Part shown: in pieces, positions 20,274 to 29,925 of the stretch
How the letters are laid out: every line of letters starts with the position of its first letter
Numbering within the stretch: the stretch's first letter is position 1
Assembly: GCA_947627295.1 (NCBI GenBank)
Contig: CANQVJ010000001.1
Span: 200,755-264,754 of the forward strand
Reading direction: 5' to 3'
Source of the DNA: an uncultured Clostridia bacterium
GTDB taxonomy: Bacteria; Bacillota; Clostridia; TANB77; CAG-508
Length of the DNA: 64,000 nt
Position numbers and translations under genes: made by a program
The notes under the pieces: generated by a model
What the model was told of the DNA's origin: nothing
The model's database searches: none
What the model saw: the letters and a program-made list of their open reading frames with translations, nothing else

Positions 20274-22454
20274 ATGCTAAAAGTACTAAAAAACTTAAAA
20301 CAATCTTTTTGGAATGTAGTAATAGTAGTAATATTGCTAGTTGTTCAAGCATATGCAGATTTAAAATTACCTGATTATACATCTAGAATAGTAAACACAG
20401 GAATACAAGCAAGTGGTATTGAAAATGCTGTTCCTAAAATAATCTCAAAAGAACAAATGGAAATGCTACTTGAGCTTACTGATGAAGATGATATTATTCT
20501 AGATAATTATATGATTAATGGTAGTGTATTAACAGTAAATCAAGAAGAAACTATTAAAAAATATTTAGGTGAAAATGCAAACCCTGAAGTAGAATCAATA
20601 TATATTTTAGAAAATCTTAAAAAAGAGCAAGAAACAGAATTTTCAAAAATTATTGCAACACCTCTAACAAAGGCTTCAATAATTCTTACACAAAAAGATT
20701 TTAATGAAATGCCAGAAGAACAAAAGGCATTAGCTTTAGAAAAAATTGATAGTCAAGTATCACAAATGCAAGATTCTATTAAAGAACAAACAGCTACTCA
20801 AGTTGTAAAACAATTGTATACGAATTTAGGTATAGATGTTAATAAAATACAAAATAATTACATAATGGTTGAAGGTTTAGAAATGCTTGGTGTAGCAGTT
20901 ATAAGTGCAATATCTGCAATACTAATAATGCTATACTCTGCAAAAATTGCGGCCAAACTTGGAAAAACACTTAGAGAAAAAGTGTTTAATAAAGTACTTA
21001 AATTTACAAGAAAAGAACTTGTTGAATTTTCTACTGCTTCATTAATTACAAGAAGCACAAATGATATTCAACAAATTCAAATGATGATAGCCATGTTATT
21101 TAGAACAGTTGTATATGCACCTATAATGGGAACAGTAGGTTTTGTAAAAGTTCTAAAATACAGCCAAAATACAATGACATGGATTGTAGGAGTAGCAATA
21201 ACTGCAATAGTTATAATTGCAGGAACATTATTCTTAATTGCAATTCCAAAATTCAAAATATTACAAACATTAATTGATAAATTAAATTTAGTTTCAAGAG
21301 AACTACTTACAGGTTTACCAGTAATAAGAGCTTTTAATAAAGAAAAATATGAAGAAAAGCGTTTTGATAAAGCAAATACAGATTTAATGAAAACAAATAT
21401 ATTTGTAAACAGAACAATGTCAATGATGATGCCAGTTTTAATGTTCATAATGAATTCTGTAATGATATTAATAATTTGGTCTGGTGGTCATGCAGTAAAT
21501 AACGGAATTGTTCAAGTAGGAGATTTAATGGCATTTATTCAATATATGATGCACATAATGATTTCATTCCTTGTGATATCTTCTATTGCCATAACATTGC
21601 CAAGGGCTTCAATTTCTGCAAAGCGTATAAATGAAATTTTAGATACAGAAATTTCTATTAAAGATCCTAGCAAAACAAAAGCATTTGATAAAAAGAAAAA
21701 AGGTTTAGTAGAATTTAAAAATGTATCATTTAGATATCCAGATGCTGATACAGAAATTTTATCAGATATTAATTTCACAGCAGAGCCGGGTAAAACAACA
21801 GCAATAATAGGAAGTACTGGTAGTGGTAAATCCACAATAATAAATTTAATCCCAAGATTTTATGATGTAACTGGTGGAGAAGTTAAAGTTGACGGAGTAA
21901 ATATAAAAGAAGTAAATCAATTTGATTTAAGAAATTTAATTGGTTTTGTACCACAAAAGGGAATACTATTCTCTGGTACAATTGAAAGCAATATCAAATA
22001 TGCAAATGATAAAATGTCTGATAATCAAATGAGAAAAGCTGCAAGCATTGCACAAGCAACAGATTTCATAAATGAAAAGGAAAAGAAATATAAAAGTGAA
22101 ATATCACAAGGTGGAAGCAATGTTTCAGGTGGTCAGCGTCAGCGTTTATCAATAGCAAGGGCAATAGCAAAAGACCCAGAAATATTTATATTTGACGATA
22201 GTTTTTCAGCATTGGATTTCAAAACTGATTTAGCTCTTAGAACAGCACTAAAAGAAAAAACAGAAAATAAAACAGTAATAGTAGTTGCACAAAGAATTAA
22301 TACAATAATGAATGCAGATAAAATAATAGTTCTAGAAGAAGGAAAAGTTGTTGGAGATGGCACACATGAAGAACTATTGAAAAACAATGAAACATATAAA
22401 CAAATAGCTCTATCACAATTAAGTGAAGAAGAATTAAGTAGGGAAGGGGGTTAA
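20274..22454 (+). CDS. ABC transporter ATP-binding/permease (exporter half-transporter, long N-terminal domain)
   Basis: TMD followed by Walker A GSTGSGKST and signature SGGQRQR. Start chosen at MLKVLKNL (the track ORF starts at 20235). Confidence 0.85.
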   Translation: MLKVLKNLKQSFWNVVIVVILLVVQAYADLKLPDYTSRIVNTGIQASGIENAVPKIISKEQMEMLLELTDEDDIILDNYMINGSVLTVNQEETIKKYLGENANPEVESIYILENLKKEQETEFSKIIATPLTKASIILTQKDFNEMPEEQKALALEKIDSQVSQMQDSIKEQTATQVVKQLYTNLGIDVNKIQNNYIMVEGLEMLGVAVISAISAILIMLYSAKIAAKLGKTLREKVFNKVLKFTRKELVEFSTASLITRSTNDIQQIQMMIAMLFRTVVYAPIMGTVGFVKVLKYSQNTMTWIVGVAITAIVIIAGTLFLIAIPKFKILQTLIDKLNLVSRELLTGLPVIRAFNKEKYEEKRFDKANTDLMKTNIFVNRTMSMMMPVLMFIMNSVMILIIWSGGHAVNNGIVQVGDLMAFIQYMMHIMISFLVISSIAITLPRASISAKRINEILDTEISIKDPSKTKAFDKKKKGLVEFKNVSFRYPDADTEILSDINFTAEPGKTTAIIGSTGSGKSTIINLIPRFYDVTGGEVKVDGVNIKEVNQFDLRNLIGFVPQKGILFSGTIESNIKYANDKMSDNQMRKAASIAQATDFINEKEKKYKSEISQGGSNVSGGQRQRLSIARAIAKDPEIFIFDDSFSALDFKTDLALRTALKEKTENKTVIVVAQRINTIMNADKIIVLEEGKVVGDGTHEELLKNNETYKQIALSQLSEEELSREGG

Positions 22455-22459
22455 AGTTT

Positions 22460-24280
22460 ATGCCAGGTCCATCGTTTAGAAGAGGAACACCAAACATAGT
22501 AAAAGCAAAAGATTCAAAAGGAACTTTTAAAAAGTTATTTAAAAACTATTTATCTAAATACAAAGTTCCACTAATAATAGTTTTTATATTTGCTATTGGA
22601 AGTACAATATTTACAATTGTAGGACCTAAGGTTCTAGGTGATGCTACTACTGAAATTTTTAATGGGATTGTTAGTAAGATTTCTGGTGGCAGTGGAATTG
22701 ATTTCACAAAAATAGGCCAAATACTTTTAATCCTCTTAGGTTTATATATTGTAAGTGCCATATTCTCATTTGTTCAAGGTTTTATGATGACAAATGTTTC
22801 ACAAAAACTTACATATGGAATAAGGGATGATGTTAATAAAAAAATAAACAAACTTCCAATGAAGTATTTTGATAAAAGAACACATGGTGAAGTTTTATCA
22901 ATAATTACAAACGATATTGATACATTGAGTATGAACTTAAACCAAAGTGTTACACAAATAATTACAGCAATATGTACAGTTGTGGGAATATTTATTATGA
23001 TGTTATCAATTAGTTGGCAGATGACATTAATTTCAATTATAATATTACCAATAACATTTATTTTAATTAGAGTAATGGTAGGAGTTTCACAAAAATACTT
23101 TAGAAAACAACAAGATTACTTAGGTCATGTAAATGGTCAAATTGAAGAAATATATGGTGGGTTAAATATTGTAAAAGCATTTAACAGGGAAGAGAAGGCT
23201 TTGCAAGAATTTGAAAAAGCAAATAATGAGTTATATACTTCTGCTTGGAAATCACAATTCTTATCAGGCTTAATACATCCACTTATGAGGTTTATAGGAA
23301 ATCTTGGATATGTTGCAGTTGCAATAGTTGGAGGATATTTTGCAATTCAAGGAACTATTACAGTTGGTAATATTCAAAGTTTTATACAATACAACAGGCA
23401 GTTTGTTCAGCCAATAGAGCAAGTTGCACAAATATCAGGTATGTTACAAGCAATGCTTGCAGCAGCAGAAAGAGTTTTTGCATTTTTAGAAGAAGAAGAG
23501 GAAGTTTCAACAGCAAAAGGTCAAATTGATATAAATAAACTAAAAGGAAATGTAGTATTTAAAGATGTAAAATTTGGTTATGACGAAAGTAGAACTATAA
23601 TAAATAACTTTAATGCTAAAGTAAAAGAAGGGCAGAAGATTGCAATTGTTGGACCAACAGGAGCAGGAAAAACAACAATGGTTAAACTTCTAATGCGTTT
23701 CTATGATGTAAACTCAGGAGAGATTTTAGTTGACGGTCACAATGTAAAAGATTTTGAGCGTGGAAATTTAAGAAAAATATTTGGTATGGTTTTACAAGAC
23801 ACATGGCTATTTGCTGGAACTGTTAAAGAAAATATTAAATATGGTAATGAAAATGCTAGTGATAATGATGTTATAAAAGCTGCAAAGGCAGCACATGTAC
23901 ATCACTTTATAAAAACATTACCACATGGATATGAATCAATTTTAAATGAAGAAACAAGCAATGTTTCAGCAGGGCAAAAACAGTTATTAACAATTGCAAG
24001 AGTTGTACTTGCTAATCCAAAGATTTTGATTTTGGATGAAGCAACAAGTTCAATAGATACAAAAACTGAAATTCAAATTCAAAAAGCAATGGATGAACTT
24101 ATGAAAGGTAGAACAAGTTTTATTATTGCACACAGGCTTTCAACAATAAAAAATGCTGATTTGATTTTAGTTATGAATAATGGAGATATTGTTGAACAAG
24201 GAACTCATGAAGGTTTGCTTAAGAAAAATGGATTTTATGCAGATTTATATAACAGTCAATTTGAAGAAGTTGAAGACTAA
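22460..24280 (+). CDS. ABC transporter ATP-binding/permease (partner half-transporter)
   Basis: TMD followed by GPTGAGKTT and signature SAGQKQL. Confidence 0.88.
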   Translation: MPGPSFRRGTPNIVKAKDSKGTFKKLFKNYLSKYKVPLIIVFIFAIGSTIFTIVGPKVLGDATTEIFNGIVSKISGGSGIDFTKIGQILLILLGLYIVSAIFSFVQGFMMTNVSQKLTYGIRDDVNKKINKLPMKYFDKRTHGEVLSIITNDIDTLSMNLNQSVTQIITAICTVVGIFIMMLSISWQMTLISIIILPITFILIRVMVGVSQKYFRKQQDYLGHVNGQIEEIYGGLNIVKAFNREEKALQEFEKANNELYTSAWKSQFLSGLIHPLMRFIGNLGYVAVAIVGGYFAIQGTITVGNIQSFIQYNRQFVQPIEQVAQISGMLQAMLAAAERVFAFLEEEEEVSTAKGQIDINKLKGNVVFKDVKFGYDESRTIINNFNAKVKEGQKIAIVGPTGAGKTTMVKLLMRFYDVNSGEILVDGHNVKDFERGNLRKIFGMVLQDTWLFAGTVKENIKYGNENASDNDVIKAAKAAHVHHFIKTLPHGYESILNEETSNVSAGQKQLLTIARVVLANPKILILDEATSSIDTKTEIQIQKAMDELMKGRTSFIIAHRLSTIKNADLILVMNNGDIVEQGTHEGLLKKNGFYADLYNSQFEEVED

Positions 24281-24315
24281 AAAAATTCCCCTAAAATAGG
24301 GGAGTTTTTTTGCTT
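24281..24315. terminator. bidirectional intrinsic terminator between the ABC genes (+) and rplS (-)
   Basis: aaaaaa-ttcccct-aaaat-aggggag-ttttttt. Confidence 0.65.
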
Positions 24316-24321
24316 AAAATC

Positions 24322-24987
24322 TTATTCTTCTGATTTAGGTTCTTCTTTTTTTGCTTCTTCTTTTTCAGGTTTTTCTTCTTCAACTTTAGGTTCTTCGGCT
24401 TTAGGCTCTTCAGCTTTAGGTTCTTCAGCAGGAGCTTCTTCTTTAACCTCTTCCTTAACTTCAGGTTCAGCTTTAGCTTCAACTTTTTCTTCTTCTTTAG
24501 CTGGAGCTTCTGTTGTAGCTACTTCTTCCTTAACTTCTTCAGTTGCTGGAGCAGCTGGTTCCTCAGCTTTAACTTCTTCTGCTTCAGGAGCAGGTTCTTC
24601 AGTTAAATCTTCTTTAACAACAATTTCTCTATCTTCAATTCTTGCACCAACTTGTTCTTTAGTTTTAGCAGCTTTACCAATTCTATCTCTAAGATAAAAT
24701 AGTTTTGCGCGTCTAGCTTTACCAACTCTAACTAATTCAACTTTTTCTACAAGTGGAGAGTGAATTAAAAATGTTTTTTCAACACCTACACCGTATGAAT
24801 TCTTTCTAACTGTAAATGTTTGATTAACTCCTCCGCCTTGAACTTTTATAATTATACCTTCAAAAACCTGTATTCTTTCTTTATTTCCTTCTTTTATTCT
24901 TACATGAACTCTAACTGTATTACCAACTTTTAATTCTGGTATTTTGTTTTTTAATTGTTCGTGTTCAATTGCTTTAATAATATCCAT
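24322..24987 (-). CDS. rplS: 50S ribosomal protein L19 with a roughly 105-aa acidic E/K/P/A-rich C-terminal extension
   Basis: N-terminal 115 aa are canonical L19 (..[14 protein letters not shown]). The ORF continues through [14 protein letters not shown] repeats to a stop at 24322. Confidence 0.85.
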   Translation of the reverse strand: MDIIKAIEHEQLKNKIPELKVGNTVRVHVRIKEGNKERIQVFEGIIIKVQGGGVNQTFTVRKNSYGVGVEKTFLIHSPLVEKVELVRVGKARRAKLFYLRDRIGKAAKTKEQVGARIEDREIVVKEDLTEEPAPEAEEVKAEEPAAPATEEVKEEVATTEAPAKEEEKVEAKAEPEVKEEVKEEAPAEEPKAEEPKAEEPKVEEEKPEKEEAKKEEPKSEE

Positions 24988-25043
24988 TTTTGAATATCCT
25001 CCTTCTTTTAAAATTTCATGAGAGGTGCTTTAAAACTAGCACA

Positions 25044-25706
25044 TCACTTTAATAAATCAGGTCGTTTTTTCTTTGTAATTTCAATAGACTTTTCTTTTCT
25101 CCATTTATCAATATTTTCGTGGTGACCAGAAAGTAATATTTCTGGAACTTTCATTCCTTCAAATATTTCAGGTCTTGTGTATTGTGGGTATTCGAGTAAT
25201 CCATTTGAAAAACTTTCTTCTGATGTGGAATCTTTATTTAAAACTCCTTCAATATATCTGCTAACACTATCTATTAACACCATGGCAGGAAGCTCTCCGC
25301 CTGTTAATACATAATCTCCAATAGAAATTTCTTCATCAACAATTTTTTTAACAACCCTTTCGTCAATACCTTCATAATGACCACATAAAATAACTAAATG
25401 TTTTTCTTTTGATAAGTCTACAACTTTTTTTTGATTAAGTGTTTTTCCTTGTGGCGACATATATATAACTTTTGCATCTTTAGAATTTAAAGATTTATAT
25501 GCTCTATATACAACATCTGGCATCATAACCATACCAGCACCACCGCCATAGGGTGTATCGTCGACTTTTTTGTGTTTATTTTCAGAAAAATCTCTAATAT
25601 TTACTAGATTAATATCAATGAGATTTTTTTGAGTTGCTCTTCCTAAAATACTTTGCTTAATTGGAGCAAACATTTCAGGGAAGAGTGTTAAAACATCAAA
25701 TTTCAT
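25044..25706 (-). CDS. trmD: tRNA (guanine37-N1)-methyltransferase
   Basis: MKFDVLTLFPEMF N-terminus; SPOUT knot motifs. Confidence 0.92.
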   Translation of the reverse strand: MKFDVLTLFPEMFAPIKQSILGRATQKNLIDINLVNIRDFSENKHKKVDDTPYGGGAGMVMMPDVVYRAYKSLNSKDAKVIYMSPQGKTLNQKKVVDLSKEKHLVILCGHYEGIDERVVKKIVDEEISIGDYVLTGGELPAMVLIDSVSRYIEGVLNKDSTSEESFSNGLLEYPQYTRPEIFEGMKVPEILLSGHHENIDKWRKEKSIEITKKKRPDLLK

Positions 25707-25707
25707 T

Positions 25708-26205
25708 TTACACTAATCCTTTCATTAAATGAACTGTAATCAATTTTTTCTCCATATTAATTTCTTTTATAACTTCAGAAATGGCAGGGAGTAAAATTTG
25801 TTTTCCTAGCTCATCTTTTACAACATAAATGTCATTACTACCAGTGTTATAAATATCTACCAATGTGCCTAAATTTTCTTCATTATCTGAAACAACCTTT
25901 AATCCAATTAAATCAACAATGAAATATGTATCTTTTTCAAGTTTTATTGCATCTTTTCTATCAATTTGAACTGAAGACTGTTTTAAAAGTTCGGCTTCAT
26001 TTATAGAATCAACACCTTTAAGTTTTACAAGAACCATATTTTTATGATATTGAACTTTTTCAATTTCATATTTGGTTTTCTTGTTTTTCTGGATGACATA
26101 TAATTCTTTTAAATCGTCAAACCTTTTAATATCATCAGTGTATGGAACAATTTTTACCATACCTTTAACTCCATGAGTATTAACAATTTGACCAATTTCT
26201 AACAT
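25708..26205 (-). CDS. rimM: 16S rRNA processing protein RimM
   Basis: Conserved position between the KH protein gene and trmD; GxVxxxHGVKGxV N-terminus. Confidence 0.88.
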   Translation of the reverse strand: MLEIGQIVNTHGVKGMVKIVPYTDDIKRFDDLKELYVIQKNKKTKYEIEKVQYHKNMVLVKLKGVDSINEAELLKQSSVQIDRKDAIKLEKDTYFIVDLIGLKVVSDNEENLGTLVDIYNTGSNDIYVVKDELGKQILLPAISEVIKEINMEKKLITVHLMKGLV

Positions 26206-26214
26206 GGTTTCCTC

Positions 26215-26448
26215 CTAATTTTCAATAAATTCTACAGTAGCTCTTTTGTGTTCTTTATTGGCAAATGCTTTCATAACTGCTCTTATAGAACGAGCCAAAC
26301 GACCTTGTCTACCAATAACTTTGCCCATATCTTCTTTAGCAACTTTAACATCAAAAGAAATTGATTTTTCTTTTTCTGTTGTTTTGATTTCTACTGCCTC
26401 TTTATTATCAACTAGGTTTGTGACTATGGTTTTTAATATTTCTTCCAT
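26215..26448 (-). CDS. KH domain RNA-binding protein (YlqC family)
   Basis: 77 aa, GKVIGRQGR motif, located between rpsP and rimM. Confidence 0.8.
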   Translation of the reverse strand: MEEILKTIVTNLVDNKEAVEIKTTEKEKSISFDVKVAKEDMGKVIGRQGRLARSIRAVMKAFANKEHKRATVEFIEN

Positions 26449-26463
26449 TTTATATCACCTTTC

Positions 26464-26709
26464 TTATGCTTTTTCGATTAGGGTTTTAACTGCATCAGTA
26501 GGTTTAGCACCATTTTTTATCCATTTTTCAACTTTTTCTTTATCAAGAACTATTGTTGCAGGATCTGTCATTGGGTCATATGTTCCTAATTGTTCTATTA
26601 TTTTGCCGTCTCTAGGAGATCTAGAATCAGCAACAACAATGTGATAAAAAGGAGCTTTTTTCTTTCCAAATCTTTGTAGTCTAATTTTTACCATTACATT
26701 CACCTCCAA
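26464..26709 (-). CDS. rpsP: 30S ribosomal protein S16
   Basis: [34 protein letters not shown]. Confidence 0.93.
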   Translation of the reverse strand: MEVNVMVKIRLQRFGKKKAPFYHIVVADSRSPRDGKIIEQLGTYDPMTDPATIVLDKEKVEKWIKNGAKPTDAVKTLIEKA

Positions 26710-26738
26710 GTAAAAAATAATATATATTTGAAAATTTA

Positions 26739-28079
26739 TTAACTAAATTTGCTCATATCAAAGTTTTTAAGTAAATTCTTCATACCGCCTTTATTTTGTT
26801 TAACTTGTCGCATCATTTTTTGAGTCATTTCAAATGATTTGATAAATTTATTTATATCTTGAACTGTGGTTCCACTACCTTTGGCAATTCTAAGCCTTCT
26901 GCTTCCATTAAGAATTCTTGTGTTGCGCTTTTCTTCTTTAGTCATTGAACAGATAATTGCCTCAATTTTTTCAAATTCTTTATCGTCAATATTGATGTCT
27001 TTGAATTTATTTAAGCCAGGAATCATTTTCATAATAGAAGAAAACGAACCCATTTTTTTCATTTGACGAATTTGAGTTAGGTAATCGTCTAAATCAAGTT
27101 CACTTTTACGCATTTTCTTTTCAAGTTTTTCTGCTTCTTCTAAATCAAAAGTTTCTTCTGCCTTTTCAATAACTGAAAGAATATCGCCCATACCTAAAAT
27201 TCTAGAAGCCATCCTTTCAGGGTGAAAGACCTCAATATCACTAAGTTTTTCACCAGTGGCTCCAAACTTAATTGGTTTACCAGTAACTTTTTTAACAGAA
27301 AGTGCTGCACCACCACGAGTATCACCATCTAATTTAGAAAGCACGACGCCGTCGATTTCAAGATCTTGATTAAATTTATCTGCAACATTAACTGCATCTT
27401 GACCAGTCATAGCGTCAACTACAAGTAAAATTTCATGTGGTTTGATGTTTGATTTTAAGTTTTTAAGTTCTTCCATTAGAGGTTCGTCTATTTGAAGACG
27501 ACCAGCAGTATCTATAATAATTACATCATTAAGCTTTGATATTGCTTGAGATATGGCTTGTTTTGCAATGTGAACAACATCTTTTGAAGTTTCATTTGCA
27601 AAAACAGGTATGTTTAATTGCTTACCAACAACTTGTAATTGCTTGATAGCAGCGGGTCTGTAAACATCGCATGCAACAAGCATTGGATTTTTACCTTGTT
27701 TTCTAAATAAGTTTGCAAGTTTTCCGGCAGTAGTTGTTTTACCAGAACCTTGTAAACCAACAAGCATAATTATTGTAGGGGGATTTGAGCTAAAATTAAC
27801 TTTACTTTCTTCTCCACCTAATAATTCTACTAATTCATCTTTTACAATTTTTATGACTTGCTGACCTGGAGTAAGGGATTTTAAAACATCTTGTCCAAGA
27901 GCTTTTTCCTGAATTGTAGATGTGAATTCCTTAACAATTTTGTAATTGACATCTGCTTCAAGTAAAGCTAGCTTAACTTCCCTTAACATTGATTTTAAAT
28001 CACTTTCAGTGATTCTTGCTTTTCCTTTAAGTTTTCTTGTAAATTCTTGTAATCTAGACGATAAACCTTCAAAAGCCAT
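26739..28079 (-). CDS. ffh: signal recognition particle protein Ffh
   Basis: NG domain [15 protein letters not shown], and a C-terminal M domain. Start taken at [10 protein letters not shown] after GGAGGT (the track ORF extends to 28094). Confidence 0.92.
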   Translation of the reverse strand: MAFEGLSSRLQEFTRKLKGKARITESDLKSMLREVKLALLEADVNYKIVKEFTSTIQEKALGQDVLKSLTPGQQVIKIVKDELVELLGGEESKVNFSSNPPTIIMLVGLQGSGKTTTAGKLANLFRKQGKNPMLVACDVYRPAAIKQLQVVGKQLNIPVFANETSKDVVHIAKQAISQAISKLNDVIIIDTAGRLQIDEPLMEELKNLKSNIKPHEILLVVDAMTGQDAVNVADKFNQDLEIDGVVLSKLDGDTRGGAALSVKKVTGKPIKFGATGEKLSDIEVFHPERMASRILGMGDILSVIEKAEETFDLEEAEKLEKKMRKSELDLDDYLTQIRQMKKMGSFSSIMKMIPGLNKFKDINIDDKEFEKIEAIICSMTKEEKRNTRILNGSRRLRIAKGSGTTVQDINKFIKSFEMTQKMMRQVKQNKGGMKNLLKNFDMSKFS

Positions 28080-28095
28080 AAAAGTTACCTCCAAT

Positions 28096-28443
28096 TTATT
28101 TTAAACAATTTAATTCTTTTCTAACAGATTCTAATATTCTATTGATTTTCTTGTCAGAAGACTGTTCTTTAATTTGAGTTAGTTGTAATAAAACAGCTTC
28201 GACCTTTTTTTGCTGTGCTAATGTAGTTTTCATAAATTTCAGCTTTTCTTCAAAATCAAAAAGCCTTTTTTCTCCTTTCTTAATAATATCTCTAACACCT
28301 TGTCTAGAAATATTTAAATTTTCAGCAATTTCACCAAGGGATAAATCATTATCATAATAATCTTGTAAAATTGCTAATTGCTTTTTAGTTAATAATTTGC
28401 CATAGAACTGGCATAACAAACTAATTTCAACATTTTTTTCCAT
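28096..28443 (-). CDS. ylxM: YlxM/p13-like putative DNA-binding protein (UPF0122)
   Basis: 115-aa sigma-70 region-4-like HTH protein immediately upstream of ffh. Confidence 0.8.
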   Translation of the reverse strand: MEKNVEISLLCQFYGKLLTKKQLAILQDYYDNDLSLGEIAENLNISRQGVRDIIKKGEKRLFDFEEKLKFMKTTLAQQKKVEAVLLQLTQIKEQSSDKKINRILESVRKELNCLK

Positions 28444-28451
28444 AGATAAAT

Positions 28452-28485
28452 CCTTTCTTACAACAAAAAAATGATGTAAAGCTCT
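28452..28485 (-). terminator. intrinsic terminator after the hypothetical gene at 28492-29070
   Basis: Minus strand: tgtaaag-tataagag-ctttaca followed by tcattttttt. Confidence 0.5.
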
Positions 28486-28491
28486 TATACT

Positions 28492-29070
28492 TTACACCAT
28501 TTTTGCTGATTTGTCAAGTGTTTTTTCGAAATTTTCATAATTTTTTGCAGGATATGAGTATTTTTGTAGCAATCCTTCATAAACTAAAGTGGTATCTGGT
28601 AAATCCATTAAATGAATAGGTTTAATGATTTTTGGTAAATTAAAATCTATTCCTGCATTTAAAAGAGCATGGTTTACAAACTCTGCACAGTAATAATGGT
28701 TTTTACGCTGAACCTTAATATTTAATCCTGCAAGATATAGGCCTAAAATATTAAATTTATATTTAGTTTTATTTTCATAAAATTCTTTAATTGTATTTGC
28801 AATCTTTAGATATTGTTCATCAGTAACAGGTAGTTCATATACTTTAGTTATTGTTTTGTGAAATCTCTTAAAAGTTCCCTTATCTATGTATTCATGTACA
28901 AAACCCGCAAAGAGTGGGGTATAGGGGTTCAACCTACCAAAACTATACATTTGATTTAAGTTTTTATCTAAAGAAATGGAACTGTGTGCATAGCTATCTT
29001 TTGTGTACCAATGAATTAGCTTAGATATAACAGTTCCGGTATATGTAAGAACAATGTAAACTTTTTTCAT
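28492..29070 (-). CDS. hypothetical protein, possibly a permuted papain-fold (NlpC/P60 / YiiX-like) enzyme
   Basis: 192 aa from MKKVYIVLTYTG with RBS AAAGGA. HYYCAEFVNHAL cysteine motif. The longer track ORF would overlap the upstream terminator. Confidence 0.45.
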   Translation of the reverse strand: MKKVYIVLTYTGTVISKLIHWYTKDSYAHSSISLDKNLNQMYSFGRLNPYTPLFAGFVHEYIDKGTFKRFHKTITKVYELPVTDEQYLKIANTIKEFYENKTKYKFNILGLYLAGLNIKVQRKNHYYCAEFVNHALLNAGIDFNLPKIIKPIHLMDLPDTTLVYEGLLQKYSYPAKNYENFEKTLDKSAKMV

Positions 29071-29085
29071 AGTAATCCTTTCTAT

Positions 29086-29337
29086 AAAACAAAAAAACCC
29101 CGCCTTAGCCGTAAGGGGATGAATTTTTAAGGACCTGCTCTCCAAACAGGTGGGTGTCTACCACTATACTTATGGGTTTCTCACTGACAAAAGTATGAGC
29201 TTACACGCCATATAATGAGCTCGACCCCTTAAAATGTGTGTTGGTTCTAAAAATTCCTTCTGTACGCACTATGCAGGGAAAATTAAATTCAATTATTAAC
29301 TTAAATATATTTTATCACTTTTTGTTTAAAATATCAA
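29086..29337 (-). promoter_or_regulatory. promoter plus a roughly 200-nt structured 5' leader ending in an intrinsic terminator (attenuator or riboswitch-like; class unassigned)
   Basis: Minus strand: TTGATA-N17-TAAAAT (29337-29309). The leader contains hairpins gagct-N15-agctc and acctg-N9-caggt. It ends in ccccttacggctaaggcgggg + TTTTTTTGTTTT, just upstream of the RBS and ATG at 29070. Confidence 0.5.
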
Positions 29338-29352
29338 GTGTTTTTGTAAAAA

Positions 29353-29766
29353 TTATTCTTCCATTGTAGCACCTAAATTACCAAGGCTTTTAGCTTCTTT
29401 ATCTTTGTTGTAATATGTTAAATTTAAATCTTTATCAAGAATATAGACATCACTTTTATTGCTACCAATTCCATAATCACAATCATTAGTATCAAGAAGA
29501 AGTTTTACATCTACTTTTCCTTCTTTATCTATATAAATATTATCTTGTAAGAATTTATAATATTCATTTTTACTGGTATATTTGGTTTGTAAAACTAGCA
29601 AAGCATCTTTAACATTATCGTTAAAACTTGTTTGAGTTGCTTCAATTGTTTCTTTAACAACACCTCTTCTACCAAATCCACCTGAAACAAAAATTCCAAC
29701 TAATATACATACAATTAGTAGTGCAACCATAAGAACTACCAATGTAACTCCTCTTTCATTTTTCAT
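29353..29766 (-). CDS. hypothetical protein with a prepilin-like N-terminal hydrophobic segment (Glu5 replaced by Val)
   Basis: MKNERGVTLVVLMVALLIV resembles a type IV pilin/pseudopilin signal, but the conserved Glu is absent. Confidence 0.4.
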   Translation of the reverse strand: MKNERGVTLVVLMVALLIVCILVGIFVSGGFGRRGVVKETIEATQTSFNDNVKDALLVLQTKYTSKNEYYKFLQDNIYIDKEGKVDVKLLLDTNDCDYGIGSNKSDVYILDKDLNLTYYNKDKEAKSLGNLGATMEE

Positions 29767-29867
29767 AAAAATTCCTCATTTCTTTTGAATATCAAATTAA
29801 TTATATCCATATTCAAAAATTTTTTCAACACTTTTCACTAAATTTTTAGAAAAATCATATAATTTTA

Positions 29868-29896
29868 TTGACAGGTAGACAAAAAATATATATTAT
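29868..29896 (+). promoter_or_regulatory. sigma-A promoter for asd
   Basis: TTGACA-N17-TATTAT; RBS GGGAGG. Confidence 0.55.
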
Positions 29897-29925
29897 ATTC
29901 ATATATACATGGGAGGTATTTTTAT

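Noticed and set aside
24291-24482. Plus-strand poly-Lys/Leu ORF ([16 protein letters not shown]..)
   Set aside because: It is the antisense of the rplS acidic repeat tail and sits inside the bidirectional terminator region. It is a compositional artefact.
29086-29337. Calling the structured leader SRP RNA, tmRNA, 6S RNA or a tRNA
   Set aside because: It lacks SRP domain IV (GGAAGCAGC), tmRNA termini and the tRNA T-loop (GTTCRA). It is positioned as a 5' leader with a terminator directly before an RBS, so a cis-regulatory element is more consistent.
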